From Rhynchobatus australiae (lineage: Eukaryota), in assembly GCA_034780895.1 (NCBI GenBank), contig JAUZTB010000027.1, positions 26,156,626 to 26,220,622 on the forward strand: 63,997 bases of DNA, given 5' to 3'. Made by a program: the position numbers and the translations under genes. Positions 61,513 through 63,997 of the stretch are shown piece after piece (the stretch's first letter is position 1; each line of letters starts with the position of its first letter). Under the pieces are notes generated by a model, which worked only from the letters and a program-made list of their open reading frames with translations, was not told the DNA's origin and ran no database searches.

Positions 61513-63997
61513 CCTTTTTTTTCAAAAATAAACTTTATTCATGACAAAAAATAAATACAGAGGAAGAAACGGTGCAAACAAACTTTTACATTCATCGTTG
61601 TTACATTCAGTAGTGTAAACTTTTCTCTAAAACCAGCAACAGACATAACACCATGCCACTCGTATGGCCCCCTGGGGTGATACGTCCTTTTCATTGTTCG
61701 TGGGGTTACCCCACCCATCTCTGCCCCTCCAGTACAGTAGTGGATGGAGCCTATACTGTGGTCCTTCCCCACAGAGACTTAGCACTGGCTGCACCGAGTT
61801 TCAGCTCATCCCTCAGCACATACTCCTGCAGCCAGGACTGTGCTAGTCGGCAGCATTCCCTTACAGATATCTCGCTGTGTTGGAAGACCAAAAAGTTTCG
61901 GGCAGACCAAAGAATGTCCTTCACTGAGTTGATGACCTTCTGGCAGCACCTGATGTCTGTCTCGGTATCCCTGGGAACAGACTGTAGATTAGAGAGTCCT
62001 CTGTTATGCAGCTGCTGGGGGTGAACCAGGACACAGATTCTTGCCTCCGTCTCCACAATCTCTTTACAAATCCACAGTCTGCAAAGAGGTGGGTGACTGT
62101 CTCGTCCCGAGGGTAGCATCTGTTGGTGATGATGTGTTGTCTGTACAAGAAACATCTGACTGTGAGGGCCCCCCTCACCACCTCCTGAGCAAGGTATTGG
62201 TGCTTGTTGGTGAGATTTGGCAATGTGGTGTTCGGCCAGATGGATTGGACAGTCTGCTTGGGGAACCACCCCACCATATCCATAGTGTCCCTGTCCCACA
62301 GTATCTGCAGGACGTTCCGCCCTGACCACTACCTGATGGACCTGTGGTCAAAGGTGTTTACTTGGAAGAACTCTTCCGCAAAGGACAGGTAGTGCAGCAA
62401 TGTCCAGCTGACTGGAATGTTGCACGGTAATGGGGCCAGGCTTATCTTCCACAACACCAGGGACAGGTAGATCCTCAGCATGTAGTGACACTTGGTGCCC
62501 ACGTACTTGGGGTCCACACACCGACTGATACAGCCACACGCGAAGGTGGTCATCAGGATGAGGGTGACATTGGGTACAATTTTGCCCCCATTGTCTGGAG
62601 ACTTATGTAATGTGACCCATCGGACTCACTCTATCTTGGACTAAACTGGAAGACATCCTGGGTGATTACTGAGGCAGAGGAGCAGGGAAATGGCCGCACC
62701 TGCACTAAACACAGCAGACCTAAGAGCACATCGCACCTGATGACCAAGTTCTTCCCAGTTATTGACAGAGAACGCCGTTTCCACAGACCACCAATTTTTG
62801 TTTTACCTTCCCAATCCGCTCCAGCCAATTCTTGTTACACGCCTCATCCCCTCCGAACCAGATTTCCAGAACCTTCAGGTAGTCAGACCTGATGGTGAAG
62901 GGGACATTGGATCAGTTGGGGATGGGGAAGTTGGGAGAGCACACACCAGTCCTCACTGAGGGGTCAGTGGTGGAAAAGGTGAGCAGATTCAAGTTCCTGG
63001 GTGTCATCTTCTCAGAGGATCTATTCTGGGCCCAACACATTGATGAAATCATGAAGAAGGTGTGCCAGCAGCTCTACTTTGTTCGGAGTTTGAGGAGATT
63101 TGGGATGTCATCAAAGACCCTTAAAAATTTCTATAGATGTACAGTGGAGAGCATTCTGATTGGTTGCATCACCACCTGGCATGGAGGCTTCAATGCACAG
63201 GGTCACAAGAAGCTGCAGAGGGTTGTAGACTGGGCCAGCTCCATCACATGCACAACCCTCCCCACCATCGAGAACATCTTCAAGAGGTGGTGCCTCAAGA
63301 AGGCAGCAGTTATCATTAAGGATCCTCACCATCCAGGATGTGGCCTCTTCTCGTTACTACTGTCAGGGAGAAGGTACAGGAGCCTGAAGACTCACACCAA
63401 GTGATTTAGGAACAGCTTCTTCCCTTCCTCCATCAGATTTCTGAATGATCCATGAACCCATGAACATGACCTCATTATTCCTTTTTTTTGCAGTATTCAT
63501 TTATTTTTGTAATTTTAGATTTTTATGTCTTTGCACTGTACTGCTGCTGCAAAATAACAAATTTCACGTCAGATGTCAGTGATAATAAATCTGATTCTGA
63601 TTCCTGCAGTTGACTCTGGCCCCTGATGCCAACTCAGACTGCAGATGTTGATCGATCTGCGAACTGACCCTGAATCTGAGCAGAAGACGGTAACATCGTC
63701 CATGTCCAGGGAGATTTTGACTTGGTGCCTCCACTGCCTGGCAAAGTCACTCCTCTTATACTCTCATCCTTCCTGATGGATTCAGCAAAGGTTTCTATGC
63801 AGCACACAAATAAGACAGGGGAGAGAGGACAGTACTGCCTGTCTCCAGGCTTGACGGGGGAAATTATCTGTCTCCCACCTATTGATTTGGACTGCACTAT
63901 AGATATCTGTGTAGAGCGGTTGGATCCAATTTCTGAGTCCCTCCCCAAAACTTATTTTGAAGAGCATGTGCATCATGTACATGATATCCTGTCAAAG
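61513..63997 (-). mobile_element. Tx1-clade (L1/Tx1) LINE ORF2 3' part with polyA end, interrupted by Rex1 and running off the window
   Basis: RT motifs GEGLRNWIQPLYTDIYSAVQIN, RQYCPLSPVLFVCCIETFAESIRKD, ELASGARVN and PFTIRSDYLKVLEIWF; Zn-knuckle CYPRDETVTHLFADCGFVKRLW; VINSVKDILWSARNFLVFQ; aataaa plus A-tail at about 61514-61540. Confidence 0.92.
62920..63603 (+). mobile_element. Rex1/Babar LINE, 5'-truncated, inserted antisense in Tx1
   Basis: ORF 62892-63404 FKFLGVIFSEDLFWAQHID...FYRCTVESILIGCITTWHG...IKDPHHPG..LFSLL.SGRRYRSLK; 3' end aataaatctgattctgattc. Confidence 0.95.

Noticed and set aside
61751-62392. Overlapping 192-, 123- and 94-aa ORFs suggesting a compact gene cluster
   Set aside because: They are frameshifted pieces and shadow frames of Tx1 ORF2
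1-63997. A novel multi-gene system (operon, defence island, CRISPR, endogenous virus)
   Set aside because: No intact non-TE ORFs, repeat-spacer arrays or viral hallmark motifs are visible; every recognisable coding remnant belongs to known TE clades

Overview
This is AT-rich vertebrate genomic DNA with many N-gaps from scaffolding. Several gaps are exactly 100 N, and two have duplicated flanks. The repeat complement points to a cartilaginous fish (shark or ray); this is an inference from recognised repeats, not a database result. No intact protein-coding gene, structural RNA gene or prokaryote-type system is visible, and the window reads as a large intron or intergenic tract. It is filled with decayed transposable elements: CR1, L2, RTE, Rex1/Babar and Tx1 LINEs; V-SINE-like, DeuSINE-like and other tRNA-type SINEs; Penelope-like (PLE) fragments; and many PIF/Harbinger relics. 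The most notable structures are four. First, PLE-derived fold-back elements and termini carry minimal type-I hammerhead-ribozyme cores. Second, a nested Harbinger>Tx1>Rex1 stack lies at the right end. Third, a Rex1 copy has lost its RT core and carries a self-family mini-insertion. Fourth, there are a few candidate small exons and regulatory-looking repeat-free islands. Element boundaries are approximate and family names come from motif recognition by eye.
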